Origin: an uncultured Acidobacteriota bacterium
GTDB taxonomy: Bacteria > Acidobacteriota > Terriglobia > Terriglobales > Acidobacteriaceae
Reading direction: 5' to 3'
NCBI GenBank assembly: GCA_963787715.1
Contig: CAWBEC010000001.1
Span: forward strand, 1,990,449-2,054,448
Length of the DNA: 64,000 nt
In this document: one piece after another, positions 38,749 to 47,662 of the stretch
Layout: every line of letters starts with the position of its first letter
Numbering within the stretch: the stretch's first letter is position 1
Position numbers and translations under genes: made by a program
Notes under the pieces: generated by a model
Seen by the model: the letters and a program-made list of their open reading frames with translations, nothing else
What the model was told of the DNA's origin: nothing
Databases searched by the model: none

Positions 38749-39423
38749 ATGCTTATTCCATCAATTGATCTTATGGGCGGCAAGGTCGTCCAGCTTGTGC
38801 AGGGCGAGAAGAAGGCGCTGGAGTTCGATGACCTTCAATACTGGATCGACCGCTTCCTGCCCTATCCGATGGTGCAGCTTATCGATCTGGATGCGGCGAT
38901 GGGCAAGGGCGAGAATACCGAGATTATCCATCACATCTGCCAGCATCTTCCGGTGCAGGTTGGCGGCGGAATCCGCTCGGTGGAAGCCGCGTCGAAGATG
39001 CTGCAGGCGGGGGCCAAGAAGGTGATCATCGGCTCGGCGCTGTTGAAGAACGGCGCAGTCGATCTCCAAATGGCACAGGAGCTGGCGCATTATGCGGCGC
39101 CCAACCGGCTGATCTTTGCCGTGGATTCACGCGGCGGCAAGGTCTCGATCAAAGGCTGGAAGGAAGGCACTGCGCTGACTCCTGCGGAGATGATGCGGCA
39201 AACCGGTGAATACTGCTCGGGCTATCTCTATACCCACATCGATACGGAAGGCACGATGAGCGGCTTTCCCTTCGAGGTGGTCGCAACCTTGAAGGCTGCA
39301 ACCGAGCGCAAGCTGATCGTCGCCGGGGGTATCAAGTCCATGGACGAAGTGAACCGCCTTGATGCCGAGGGCGTGGACGCCGTGGTGGGCATGGCTGTTT
39401 ACACCGGTGCGATGAAGGCCTGA
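38749..39423 (+). CDS. hisA: 1-(5-phosphoribosyl)-5-[(5-phosphoribosylamino)methylideneamino]imidazole-4-carboxamide isomerase (HisA family)
   Basis: MLIPSIDLMGGKVVQLVQG...VQVGGGIRS...IVAGGI is a HisA/HisF-fold pattern, and the gene sits in the his operon. Confidence 0.85.
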   Translation: MLIPSIDLMGGKVVQLVQGEKKALEFDDLQYWIDRFLPYPMVQLIDLDAAMGKGENTEIIHHICQHLPVQVGGGIRSVEAASKMLQAGAKKVIIGSALLKNGAVDLQMAQELAHYAAPNRLIFAVDSRGGKVSIKGWKEGTALTPAEMMRQTGEYCSGYLYTHIDTEGTMSGFPFEVVATLKAATERKLIVAGGIKSMDEVNRLDAEGVDAVVGMAVYTGAMKA

Positions 39424-39440
39424 GCGGGTAGAACGTACGA

Positions 39441-39527
39441 ACCCACATTCGCCAACTGAAGCTTCGCAGCCGGGTACGCGCCACAAGACGGCGCTCCGGC
39501 CGCGGGCGCTCGGCGGATGTGGGCCAC
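39441..39527 (+). repeat. MITE-like ~90-bp repeat, family 2
   Basis: ACCCACATTCGCCAACTGAAGCTTCGCAGCCGGGTACGCGCCACAAGACGGCGCTCCGGCCGCGGGCGCTCGGCGGATGTGGGCCACC, just after the hisA stop. Confidence 0.75.
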
Positions 39528-39669
39528 CCTCGAGTTTTAGCGAAATTTGTAAAATCCCCTGACCTGCATTGCGAATCCAATCTATGTAGCCCATACTGCC
39601 TAGTTCCGTTTTTGTTGGGCAATCTATTTATACGGCAAGTCCCGGAATCCATGCCGGGCGAGGAGCACA

Positions 39670-42160
39670 GTGCCACAAGTCATTTCTCCTTCTGTTGAAG
39701 TCAGCCCTGATCGTCCATCGCAAGAACGTGCTTTTGACCTTTTCCGCCGCTGGGGATACATGCAGGCCGACCTCGATCCCCTCGGCCATTTTCCTCCTCT
39801 CGATTACACCGAGCTGAGAATCAGCGGGCCGGAGGCCGAGCGCGCGCGGGAGATTTACTGCGGCACCGTCGGCGCTGAGTTCATGCACATTCCCGACCCC
39901 GAGCGGCGGCAGTGGATCATTGACCGGCTGGAAGGTCTGCAACCGGAGGTCAATCGCGAAGCCATTCTCAAGCAACTGCTCGAGGCCGACATCTTCGAGC
40001 AGATGCTGCAGACGCTTTACATCGGCACCAAGCGCTTTTCGTTGGAGGGCAACACTGCCCTGATTCCGATGATGGAGGAGATTCTCACCGGAGCCGCCGC
40101 ACATGGCGCGGAAGAATGCGTGATGGCGATGAGCCATCGCGGACGCCTCACCGCCGCCGGTCTCATCGTGGGCTGCCCGGCAACCGATATCTACGCCGGC
40201 TTTGAAGACGTTGATCCGCGCTCCACGCTGGGCGGCGGAGACGTGAAATATCACCAGGGCGCCACCGCCTTTCGTGAGTTCAACGGTCAGCGCATGAGGG
40301 TTCATCTGGTCAGCAATCCCAGCCATCTGGAGGCCGTCGATCCGGTCGCGATGGGGCGGGTGCGAGCCAAGCAGACCCGGCGCGGCGCGGAGGGCAAGCG
40401 CCAGACCCTGCCGGTCATGATGCACGGCGACTCCGCGTTTGCCGGCCAGGGTATCTGGGCCGAGACCCTCAACATGAGCTATCTGCCGGGCTATGAGGTC
40501 GGCGGCACGATCAATATCATCGTCAATAATCTGCTCGGTTTTACCACCAATCCCAGCGAGTACGCCAGCGGACGCTACGCCAGCGATCTTGCCAAGCGCC
40601 TGCCCATTCCGATCTTTCACGTCAACGCGGAAGACCCCGAGGCGGTGGTTCGCATCGGGCGGCTCGCGCTTGAATACCGGTACCGGTTTAGCTCTGACGT
40701 GGTCGTCGATCTGATCGGCTACCGCCGCCACGGGCACTCGGAGATCGACGACCCCACGATCACGCAGCCGATTCTGTATGCGAAGATCAAGGCCCACCCG
40801 CCGCTGTACCAGATTTACGCAAAGCAGCTCGGCATTGATGTAACGCAGCCAGGTTGCCGAATCCAAGGAGCGCTATCAGCAGGCCAAGGTTCAGGCCAAG
40901 GCTATGACCAAAAAGCCGATGCTCTACACCTTGCCGGATTATTGGAAGGGGTACGTCGGCGGCAGATGGAAGCCGGAGCGCGAGATTGATACCGGAGTGG
41001 CCCAGGAGGAGCTCACGCGGCTGGGTATGAAGCTTGGCGAGTACCCGGCGGACTTCCACATTCATCCCAAGGTTGCGGCCCTGCTCAAGCAGCGGCAGGA
41101 GATGGCGGCGGGACGGCGCGTCATCGATTACGGCATGGCCGAGGCCTTGGCCTTTGCCAGCCTGGTGACCAGCGGCGTTCCGGTTCGAATGAGCGGCCAG
41201 GATTCGCGGCGCGGTACCTTCAACCATCGCCACTCGTATCTGATCGACGTGGAAAACGAGAGCGAATATATGCCGCTGCAGCACCTCTCGCCCAACCAGG
41301 CCTTGATTGAGATTTACAATTCGGAGCTCTCCGAAGCTGGCGTGCTGGGCTTCGAGTACGGATTCAGCCGCGATTATCCGGAGGCGCTCACCCTGTGGGA
41401 AGCGCAGTTCGGTGATTTTGCAAACGGCGCGCAGATCATCATCGATCAGTTCATCAGCGCCGGAGAAGAGAAGTGGGGCCTGCTCTCGGGACTGGTGCTG
41501 CTGCTGCCGCACGGATACGAGGGGCAGGGGCCGGAGCATTCCAGCGCCCGCATGGAGCGCTATCTGCAACTCTGCGCGCGGGACAATATGCAGGTTTGCC
41601 AGCCATCCTCGGCTGCACAGTTCTTCCACCTGCTGCGCCGCCAGGCTCTGCGCAAATGGCGCAAGCCACTGATCTGCTTTACGCCTAAGAGCATGTTGCG
41701 GCATCCGGACGCGGCCAGCGAATTAGCAGCGTTCAGCGCGCCACGCTTTCAAACCATTCTTCCGGACTCGTACGTCTCTCCGTCCGATGTCACCCGCATC
41801 CTGCTCTGTACGGGCAAGATTGGCCACGAGCTGCAGGCCGAGCGCAAACGCCTGAACAACGTCAACACGGCCATTCTTTCGCTCGACCAGCTCTATCCAT
41901 TTCCGGAGCAGGACATTCTGAACGCGCTGGCACCGTTCCAGAATGCACACGAGCTGCTGTGGGTGCAGGAAGAGCCTGCCAACATGGGTGCGTACAGCTT
42001 TGTGAGGCCGCGCCTGCGCCGGCTGGTGGGGGAAAAACTTCACGTGCTCTCGATCAAGCGTCAGGCGGCGGCCAGCCCTGCGACGGGCTCGGCCAAGGCT
42101 CACCAGATGGAGCAGCGCACTCTGCTCTCGCTGGCCTTCCCGAGCCTGTTTCACCGGTAG
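39670..42160 (+). pseudogene. sucA: 2-oxoglutarate dehydrogenase E1 component (short N-terminus), one frame break as sequenced
   Basis: ...HGDSAFAGQG...GYRRHGHSEIDDP...YAKQLGIDVTQ continues in another frame as VAESKERYQQAK...LLLPHGYEGQGPEHSSAR.... The break is at ~40849 (ACGCAG-C-CAGGTT). Confidence 0.9.
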
Positions 42161-42187
42161 GCGAGTGCGCACATCTTCTGTTCACGG

Positions 42188-42207
42188 AGGCCGCCTGCTG
42201 GCGGCCT
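42188..42207. terminator. Hairpin between convergent sucA and the hydrolase gene
   Basis: AGGCCGCC-tgct-GGCGGCCT is an 8-bp GC stem. There is no clear T tract on either side. Confidence 0.3.
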
Positions 42208-42235
42208 TCGTAGGTTTACCTAGCCGCGATCTGGG

Positions 42236-43174
42236 CTAAACCGGCGTTTCCGGCTTTTTCGGGGTGCTCGCGGCGGAGAGGCTGGATGCGGTAGATGCGG
42301 CCTGCTCTGTGTCGATTGCGAGGAAATTGGCAATGGCGTCGATCTCGCTGAGGCGCATCAGCGATGGGGCATGGCCGCAGCCGGGAAGAAGCACCAGCTT
42401 CGCCCGCGGCCCGCGCCGGGTCATCTCTTCGGCTGTCTCCGGCAGCAGCACATCGCTGCGCTCTCCGCGCAGCACCAGCGTGGGGCATTTAATCCGATCC
42501 CACAGCGGCCAAAGATCAAAGCTGGCGGTGGCGGCATGCAGCCCTGCGGCGATCTTCGGATCATAGTTATAGGCGATCATCCCCTCCGGCGTGCGGCGCT
42601 TGCTGTGCGCGATCAGGTGTTGCCAGCCGGTCTCGTCAGGCACGCCAAAGTTGGCATAGAGCTCGCGTAGATGCGCCGCGAACTCGTTCTCATGCGCGAA
42701 TCGCGCGTCCATGCCTGCATAGCTCGCGATGCGCGCACGCGCCGCCAGCGGGATGGATGGGCCGACATCGTTCAGCACCAGCCGCTCCACCGGGGTGTTT
42801 GGCTGTGACGCCATGATCAGGCCGAGCAGGCCGCCCATCGAGGTTCCGACCCAGAAGAGCCGTTCGGGAGCAAGGCGCGCGATGAGCACGGTCAGGTCGG
42901 CCATGTAGTGCGGATAGGTGTAACAGGCGGAATCATTTCGCCAATCGCTCTGGCCGCGACCGGCGATATCGACTGAAACCACCTCGACCGGCAATCGTTG
43001 CACCAGCCCCTCGGCGAGACGGTCGAAGTCGCGTCCGTTGCGCGTGAGGCCATGAACGCAGAGCACGGTTGCCCGCGCCTTGCCGTGCGCGCTCGGCCAG
43101 CGATACCAGGCGACACGGTGAAAGCCGTCGCTATCGAGCCCGAGGATGAAATTCTGTTCCGGTATCTCGATCAT
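42236..43174 (-). CDS. Alpha/beta hydrolase
   Basis: 312-aa ORF with VLCVHGLTRNGRDF and the nucleophile elbow VGTSMGG. Confidence 0.85.
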   Translation of the reverse strand: MIEIPEQNFILGLDSDGFHRVAWYRWPSAHGKARATVLCVHGLTRNGRDFDRLAEGLVQRLPVEVVSVDIAGRGQSDWRNDSACYTYPHYMADLTVLIARLAPERLFWVGTSMGGLLGLIMASQPNTPVERLVLNDVGPSIPLAARARIASYAGMDARFAHENEFAAHLRELYANFGVPDETGWQHLIAHSKRRTPEGMIAYNYDPKIAAGLHAATASFDLWPLWDRIKCPTLVLRGERSDVLLPETAEEMTRRGPRAKLVLLPGCGHAPSLMRLSEIDAIANFLAIDTEQAASTASSLSAASTPKKPETPV

Positions 43175-43349
43175 GATGAGCCAAGCTTAAGGGATGATCT
43201 CTCCCACGCCCCCGATTCTCGCCACTCATTCTGGCGTGATTGAGCCTCTAACGGAGAAAGAAATTTTTCCGAGAGTGCGATATCCTCATCTTGCACCTGA
43301 ACACAAGCTGGCGGCAATCGAGCGGCTTTGCCAGGTTTAGCGTGCAGAA

Positions 43350-43425
43350 GGGCCTGTAGCTCAACGGTCAGAGCAGAGGACTCATAATCCTTTGGTTGTA
43401 GGTTCGAATCCTACCAGGCCCACCA
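43350..43425 (+). tRNA. tRNA with CAT anticodon (elongator Met or lysidine-modified Ile2)
   Basis: It folds as a cloverleaf: acceptor GGGCCTG/CAGGCCC, D arm GCTC/GAGC, anticodon arm GAGGA-CTCATAA-TCCTT, T arm GTAGG-TTCGAAT-CCTAC, with an encoded CCA. The G1-C72 pair excludes an initiator. Confidence 0.95.
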
Positions 43426-43487
43426 AAAACAACCCACCTAAACACAATACAAATAAGACTGAACGGATCGTCCGCGACGCCGGATGA

Positions 43488-44411
43488 CTAATTTGGTCTG
43501 CCCAGCCATGAATACTGCCACGCTGTCGAGACGTTTTGGTAGTTGCCGCCAAACCGGATGTAGCTGCCGTTGCTGTAGCTGAATTTCAGAGCCTGGTGCC
43601 TGGTGATGGGTATTGCGACTGTGCCTCCGATGCGGGAGTTCATCTGCCGGGTGAGCGGGTTTTGTACACCGTTCAAACTTGTCGTCCCGCCGAACCAGAA
43701 GTTGCCGTCGAGCGAGACCCAGAGCCGCGGCTTGAAGTCGTAGCTCAGGTGTCCTTCCAAGGCCCCGATTGGACTTTGCGATTGGGAATTGGTGCCCGGA
43801 AAGAAAGCGTTGTGCGAAAAGAACTCAGGATTCCTGGTGAAGAACCACACGCCCATGTATCCGTCGAGCACCCAGTGGCCCCAGCGCTGGGAGTAGCCAA
43901 ATTCCGGTTTGAAAGCCCAGCGATTGGCGCCCCAGTTGATCAGTTTGGTGGGATCGTACTGGCCGGTGGGAGCCACCACCCTGAGACTGGCGCCCAACAG
44001 AACCTTCTGCTTCCATTTCACGAAGTCTCGCACCGGCATTGCCGGGCCGCCCTTCAGGTTTACGGAGAAGCGAAAGGCCGAATCCAAAAGACCGGAACGG
44101 TAAAGGTGCGCCTCTGCGCCGCGTGCTGTCCCCTGGAAGTCTCCTACTCCGTAAGGCAACCATCCGACAATGTTGGCCGAGCGGCCGAGGAAGCTGAACG
44201 AGTGGTAATAGCTGAAGGTCGGCACGCTGTAGGTTCCCGTGCCGCTAACGGGGAGGCCGTTGAAGTCAATACTGCCGTCGTAAAAGCCCCAGGCTAACGT
44301 GATGGCATTGGAATGGAGCGGAGTTATGAGATAGGCCCGCGGAGCGAGATCCTGCGCACGGCAGGAAAATACGGACATTCCAGCGAGAATCGTTAAAATC
44401 AACAGTCTCAT
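43488..44411 (-). CDS. Outer-membrane beta-barrel protein (MetA-pathway/phenol-degradation-like transporter family)
   Basis: It has a signal peptide (MRLLILTILAGMSVFSCRAQ), alternating beta-strand patterns, and an aromatic C-terminal region ending WQYSWLGRPN. Confidence 0.75.
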   Translation of the reverse strand: MRLLILTILAGMSVFSCRAQDLAPRAYLITPLHSNAITLAWGFYDGSIDFNGLPVSGTGTYSVPTFSYYHSFSFLGRSANIVGWLPYGVGDFQGTARGAEAHLYRSGLLDSAFRFSVNLKGGPAMPVRDFVKWKQKVLLGASLRVVAPTGQYDPTKLINWGANRWAFKPEFGYSQRWGHWVLDGYMGVWFFTRNPEFFSHNAFFPGTNSQSQSPIGALEGHLSYDFKPRLWVSLDGNFWFGGTTSLNGVQNPLTRQMNSRIGGTVAIPITRHQALKFSYSNGSYIRFGGNYQNVSTAWQYSWLGRPN

Positions 44412-44774
44412 GAAGGATTTCCGTCCAGTATTCCGTTCCCGGCAAGGATTGTAGTAAGAAACACTCTATCTGAGAACCGTCGAAGGCCTGGAGCTTACAA
44501 TCGGTACTGACGCGAAGCTGATCAACGAGTTGTCAGGCGCAGTGTTACGTTCAATGGGGCTTGCGGGATGTTAAGGTTACAGCTGCGCCAGTCGGCGAAG
44601 AGATGTTGCCGACGGGCATCTTGAGCGAAATGCCGCTCACCTTAATACCAACCACGGAAACGACTTACTTCTGTTTTGTGATTTCTTTTTTGGATGTCAT
44701 TTCGAGTTGGGAATCAGTTGCGGTTCACTTCAGAATCGTGCACAATAACTCCAGATTTGGTACCTGTCACTCAA

Positions 44775-46829
44775 ATGCCACAAGTCGGAAGCTTCACCCT
44801 GCTGCTCGGGCTCGCGCTGAGCGTCTACGCGTTCCTCGCCGGACTATTTGCCATTGTTCGTAACGATGATCGACTGAGCGAGACGGCGCGTCGCGCCGGG
44901 ATCGCGATTTTTCTAGCCGTCACCGCTGCCTCGGCGGTGCTGGTCTATGCCGCTTTCCACAACGACTTCTCGGTTGCATACATTCTCCACCACTCCAACC
45001 GCGCTTTGCCCGCTCCCTACAAGTTCGCTGCGCTTTGGTCAGGGCAGGAGGGCTCGCTGTTGTTCTGGTGCTGGCTGCTCGCGGCGTACGGACTTGTGCT
45101 GCGGCTGCGCCACAAGGTGGATACGCGGTTAGTCGCGCATGCTTCGGTGGTCATCAGCGCGGTACAGATCTTCTTTCTTGCACTGGTCAATTTTGCCGCG
45201 CATCCGTTCGCGCTGGTGGCCGGAACGATTCCTGCCGACGGCAATGGCCTGAATCCGCTGCTGCAATATCCGGAGATGGTCATTCATCCGCCCATGCTTT
45301 ATCTGGGCTACGTCGGCATGACCGTGCCGTTCTGTTTCGCATTGGCGGCGCTCATCATGCGCTACCCCGGCGAAAAGTGGATTCACATCACGAGGCGCTG
45401 GACCATGGTCGGCTGGCTGTTTCTCACCTGCGGAATCTTCCTCGGCTCCTACTGGGCTTACAGGGTGTTGGGTTGGGGCGGCTGGTGGGGATGGGACCCG
45501 GTCGAGAATGCATCGCTGCTGCCGTGGTTGACCGGGACCGCTTTCCTGCACTCGGTGATGATGCAGGAGAAGCGCGGAATGATGAAGGTCTGGAATATGT
45601 GGCTGATCTTCTCCACGTTCCTGCTTGCCATCTTTGGCACCTTCCTCACCCGCTCTGGAGTGGTGAGTTCGGTTCATGCTTTTGCCGAATCCGATATTGG
45701 CCCGTACTTCGTGGTTTTCATCTCGCTGACGTTTGCGGTGTGCCTATACTTCTTTTTGCGTAACCGCTCGCATTTGGAGAGTGAGCACAAGCTCCAGGCG
45801 CTGGTGTCACGCGAGTCCAGTTTCCTGTTCAACAATGTGCTGCTGCTGGTAGCGGCCTTCGCGGTGCTCTGGGGCACGCTCTTCCCGGTGCTTAGCGAAT
45901 GGGTCACCGGACACAAGGTCACGGTTGGACCGCCCTTCTTCAACAAGGTCAACATTCCGATTGCCCTCTGCTTGCTGGTGCTCACGGCCGTGGGGCCGTT
46001 GCTGGCGTGGGGTAAGACTTCAGCGGAGAGCCTGCGCCGCAACTTCCTGGTTCCCGCGCTGATCGCGCTTGCGGTTGGAGTGGTGCTGGTTGCGATGGGC
46101 ATTCGGCCCTGGATGGACATCAGCTATTTCTACTCGCTGATGACCATCATGCTTTCAGTTCTGGTGGCGGCCACCGTTTGCAGCGAGTTTATCCGCGGCG
46201 GCCTGGTGATTGCGCGCCACAACGAGAGCAACGTCTTCCACGGCATGTGGCTGCTGACGCGTCGCAACACTCGCCGTTACGGCGGTTATATCGTCCACCT
46301 CGGCGTCATCGTTACCATGATCGGCTTTGCCGGAGTCGCTTTCTATCAGAACACCGAGCAGGAGTTGGGCTTCGGCGACAAGATGTCCATCGGTCCATAC
46401 ACGCTTGTCTGCCGTTCTTACACGCAGGATGACAAGCCGAATTATTCGAGCGAATGGGCCATTCTTGACATCTACAAGAATGGTAAGCAGATCACGACGA
46501 TGTATCCGGAGCAACGCTTTTACAAGGCGAGCGGCCAGCCCGCCACCATCGTTGCCAACCGCTCCACGGTGATGGAAGACCTGTACCTGGTGTACACCGG
46601 GAAGAATCCGGAGAACGGTCGTCCCATCATCAAGGCACACTTGAATCCGCTGGTCTGGTGGATCTGGGCGGGCGCTCATTTGATATTGGTGGGCACCATC
46701 GTGGCCCTGCTGCCCAACACACAAGCCAAGCGCAAGAAGCCTTCTCGTCCTTCGCGCCGGAGGACGGGCGTCCTGGCGGACGGAGTGGATGAGGCCGAAA
46801 GTCGTGCGCCGGTGGAGGCCGGAGACTGA
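44775..46829 (+). CDS. ccmF: Cytochrome c-type biogenesis protein CcmF (haem lyase subunit)
   Basis: Polytopic protein with the WWD motif GWGGWWGWDPVENASLLPWL. The start was chosen at ATG 44775. Confidence 0.9.
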   Translation: MPQVGSFTLLLGLALSVYAFLAGLFAIVRNDDRLSETARRAGIAIFLAVTAASAVLVYAAFHNDFSVAYILHHSNRALPAPYKFAALWSGQEGSLLFWCWLLAAYGLVLRLRHKVDTRLVAHASVVISAVQIFFLALVNFAAHPFALVAGTIPADGNGLNPLLQYPEMVIHPPMLYLGYVGMTVPFCFALAALIMRYPGEKWIHITRRWTMVGWLFLTCGIFLGSYWAYRVLGWGGWWGWDPVENASLLPWLTGTAFLHSVMMQEKRGMMKVWNMWLIFSTFLLAIFGTFLTRSGVVSSVHAFAESDIGPYFVVFISLTFAVCLYFFLRNRSHLESEHKLQALVSRESSFLFNNVLLLVAAFAVLWGTLFPVLSEWVTGHKVTVGPPFFNKVNIPIALCLLVLTAVGPLLAWGKTSAESLRRNFLVPALIALAVGVVLVAMGIRPWMDISYFYSLMTIMLSVLVAATVCSEFIRGGLVIARHNESNVFHGMWLLTRRNTRRYGGYIVHLGVIVTMIGFAGVAFYQNTEQELGFGDKMSIGPYTLVCRSYTQDDKPNYSSEWAILDIYKNGKQITTMYPEQRFYKASGQPATIVANRSTVMEDLYLVYTGKNPENGRPIIKAHLNPLVWWIWAGAHLILVGTIVALLPNTQAKRKKPSRPSRRRTGVLADGVDEAESRAPVEAGD

Positions 46830-46832
46830 TCC

Positions 46833-47321
46833 ATGAGAATTGCTCGCAAATTCCTTCACCGCTGGGCGGTTGTGCTGCTGTTTGCCAGCGCCTTGCTGTT
46901 GATGGGAGCGACGGCAGACGGCACCGGCCAGCGCTTTGACCGCCTCGGCCACAATCTGATGTGCACGTGTGGCTGCGGTCAGATTCTGCTGGAGTGCAAC
47001 CATGTGGGATGCTCGACCTCCGAGGAGATGCGCAAGGAATTGAAGGCCGCGCTGGATCGCGGCGACAACGACGACGCCATCCTCGCCGCCTTTGTCTCCA
47101 AATACGGACCAACCGTGCTTGCCTCGCCCACCACCACCGGGTTTAATCGCGTTGCCTGGATCATGCCGGTCGTGATCTTCTTCGCCGCGTTGACGGCCGT
47201 GGTGCTGTTCATTCGGGCCTGGAAGCGCCGTTCCCCAACTCCGCCTTCTAATTCCGCGGGCTCCAATTCCGCCGAGCTGGATGAATTCCGCCGCCGCGCC
47301 CGTGAGGAGACTTCACTGTGA
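46833..47321 (+). CDS. ccmH: Cytochrome c-type biogenesis protein CcmH/NrfF
   Basis: It has a signal sequence, the redox motif region LMCTCGCGQILLECN, ...RGDNDDAILAAFVSKYGPTVLASP, and a C-terminal TM helix. Confidence 0.85.
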   Translation: MRIARKFLHRWAVVLLFASALLLMGATADGTGQRFDRLGHNLMCTCGCGQILLECNHVGCSTSEEMRKELKAALDRGDNDDAILAAFVSKYGPTVLASPTTTGFNRVAWIMPVVIFFAALTAVVLFIRAWKRRSPTPPSNSAGSNSAELDEFRRRAREETSL

Positions 47322-47662
47322 TCGCTCTATTGCAAATGCCAGCCGGGCAGCCGGATGCAACCGGCAACAGTTTTCTTCTGTTTGCCGCCATGCTGTTCGC
47401 CATCGCCATCTTTGTTTATATCTTCAAACCCGCGCGAACCGAACACGCGGTGGAGAAGACGCGCCTCGCATTCCTGTATGAGCGCAAGGCGCAGACGTTT
47501 GAGAATCTGCGCGACCTGAACTTCGAATACAAGGCGGGCAAGCTCAGCGACGCCGATTTCAGTTCCATGCGCGACTCCATGGAGCAGGAGGCAGCCAATA
47601 TCCTCGCCGAGATCGAAGAGATCGAGCACGAGAGTGGCAATCGCCAGGAGGTCATCGCCTGA
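47318..47662 (+). CDS. CcmI N-terminal-like membrane protein
   Basis: One TM helix (FLLFAAMLFAIAIFVYIF) followed by LYERKAQTFENLRDLNFEYKAGKLSDADF, like the CcmI/CycH N-terminal module. There is a GTGA overlap with ccmH. Confidence 0.55.
   Translation: MIALLQMPAGQPDATGNSFLLFAAMLFAIAIFVYIFKPARTEHAVEKTRLAFLYERKAQTFENLRDLNFEYKAGKLSDADFSSMRDSMEQEAANILAEIEEIEHESGNRQEVIA

Noticed and set aside
16345-39527. The possibility that the recurring intergenic repeats form a CRISPR array.
   Set aside because: The copies are kilobases apart with genes between them, rather than regularly spaced 25-50-bp repeats with unique spacers. No cas genes are present.
43175-43487. An integrated element at tRNA-CAT (43350-43425) or tRNA-Glu (57435-57509).
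   Set aside because: No integrase, direct repeat of the tRNA 3' end, or foreign-looking gene block is adjacent to either tRNA. The flanking genes are ordinary chromosomal genes.
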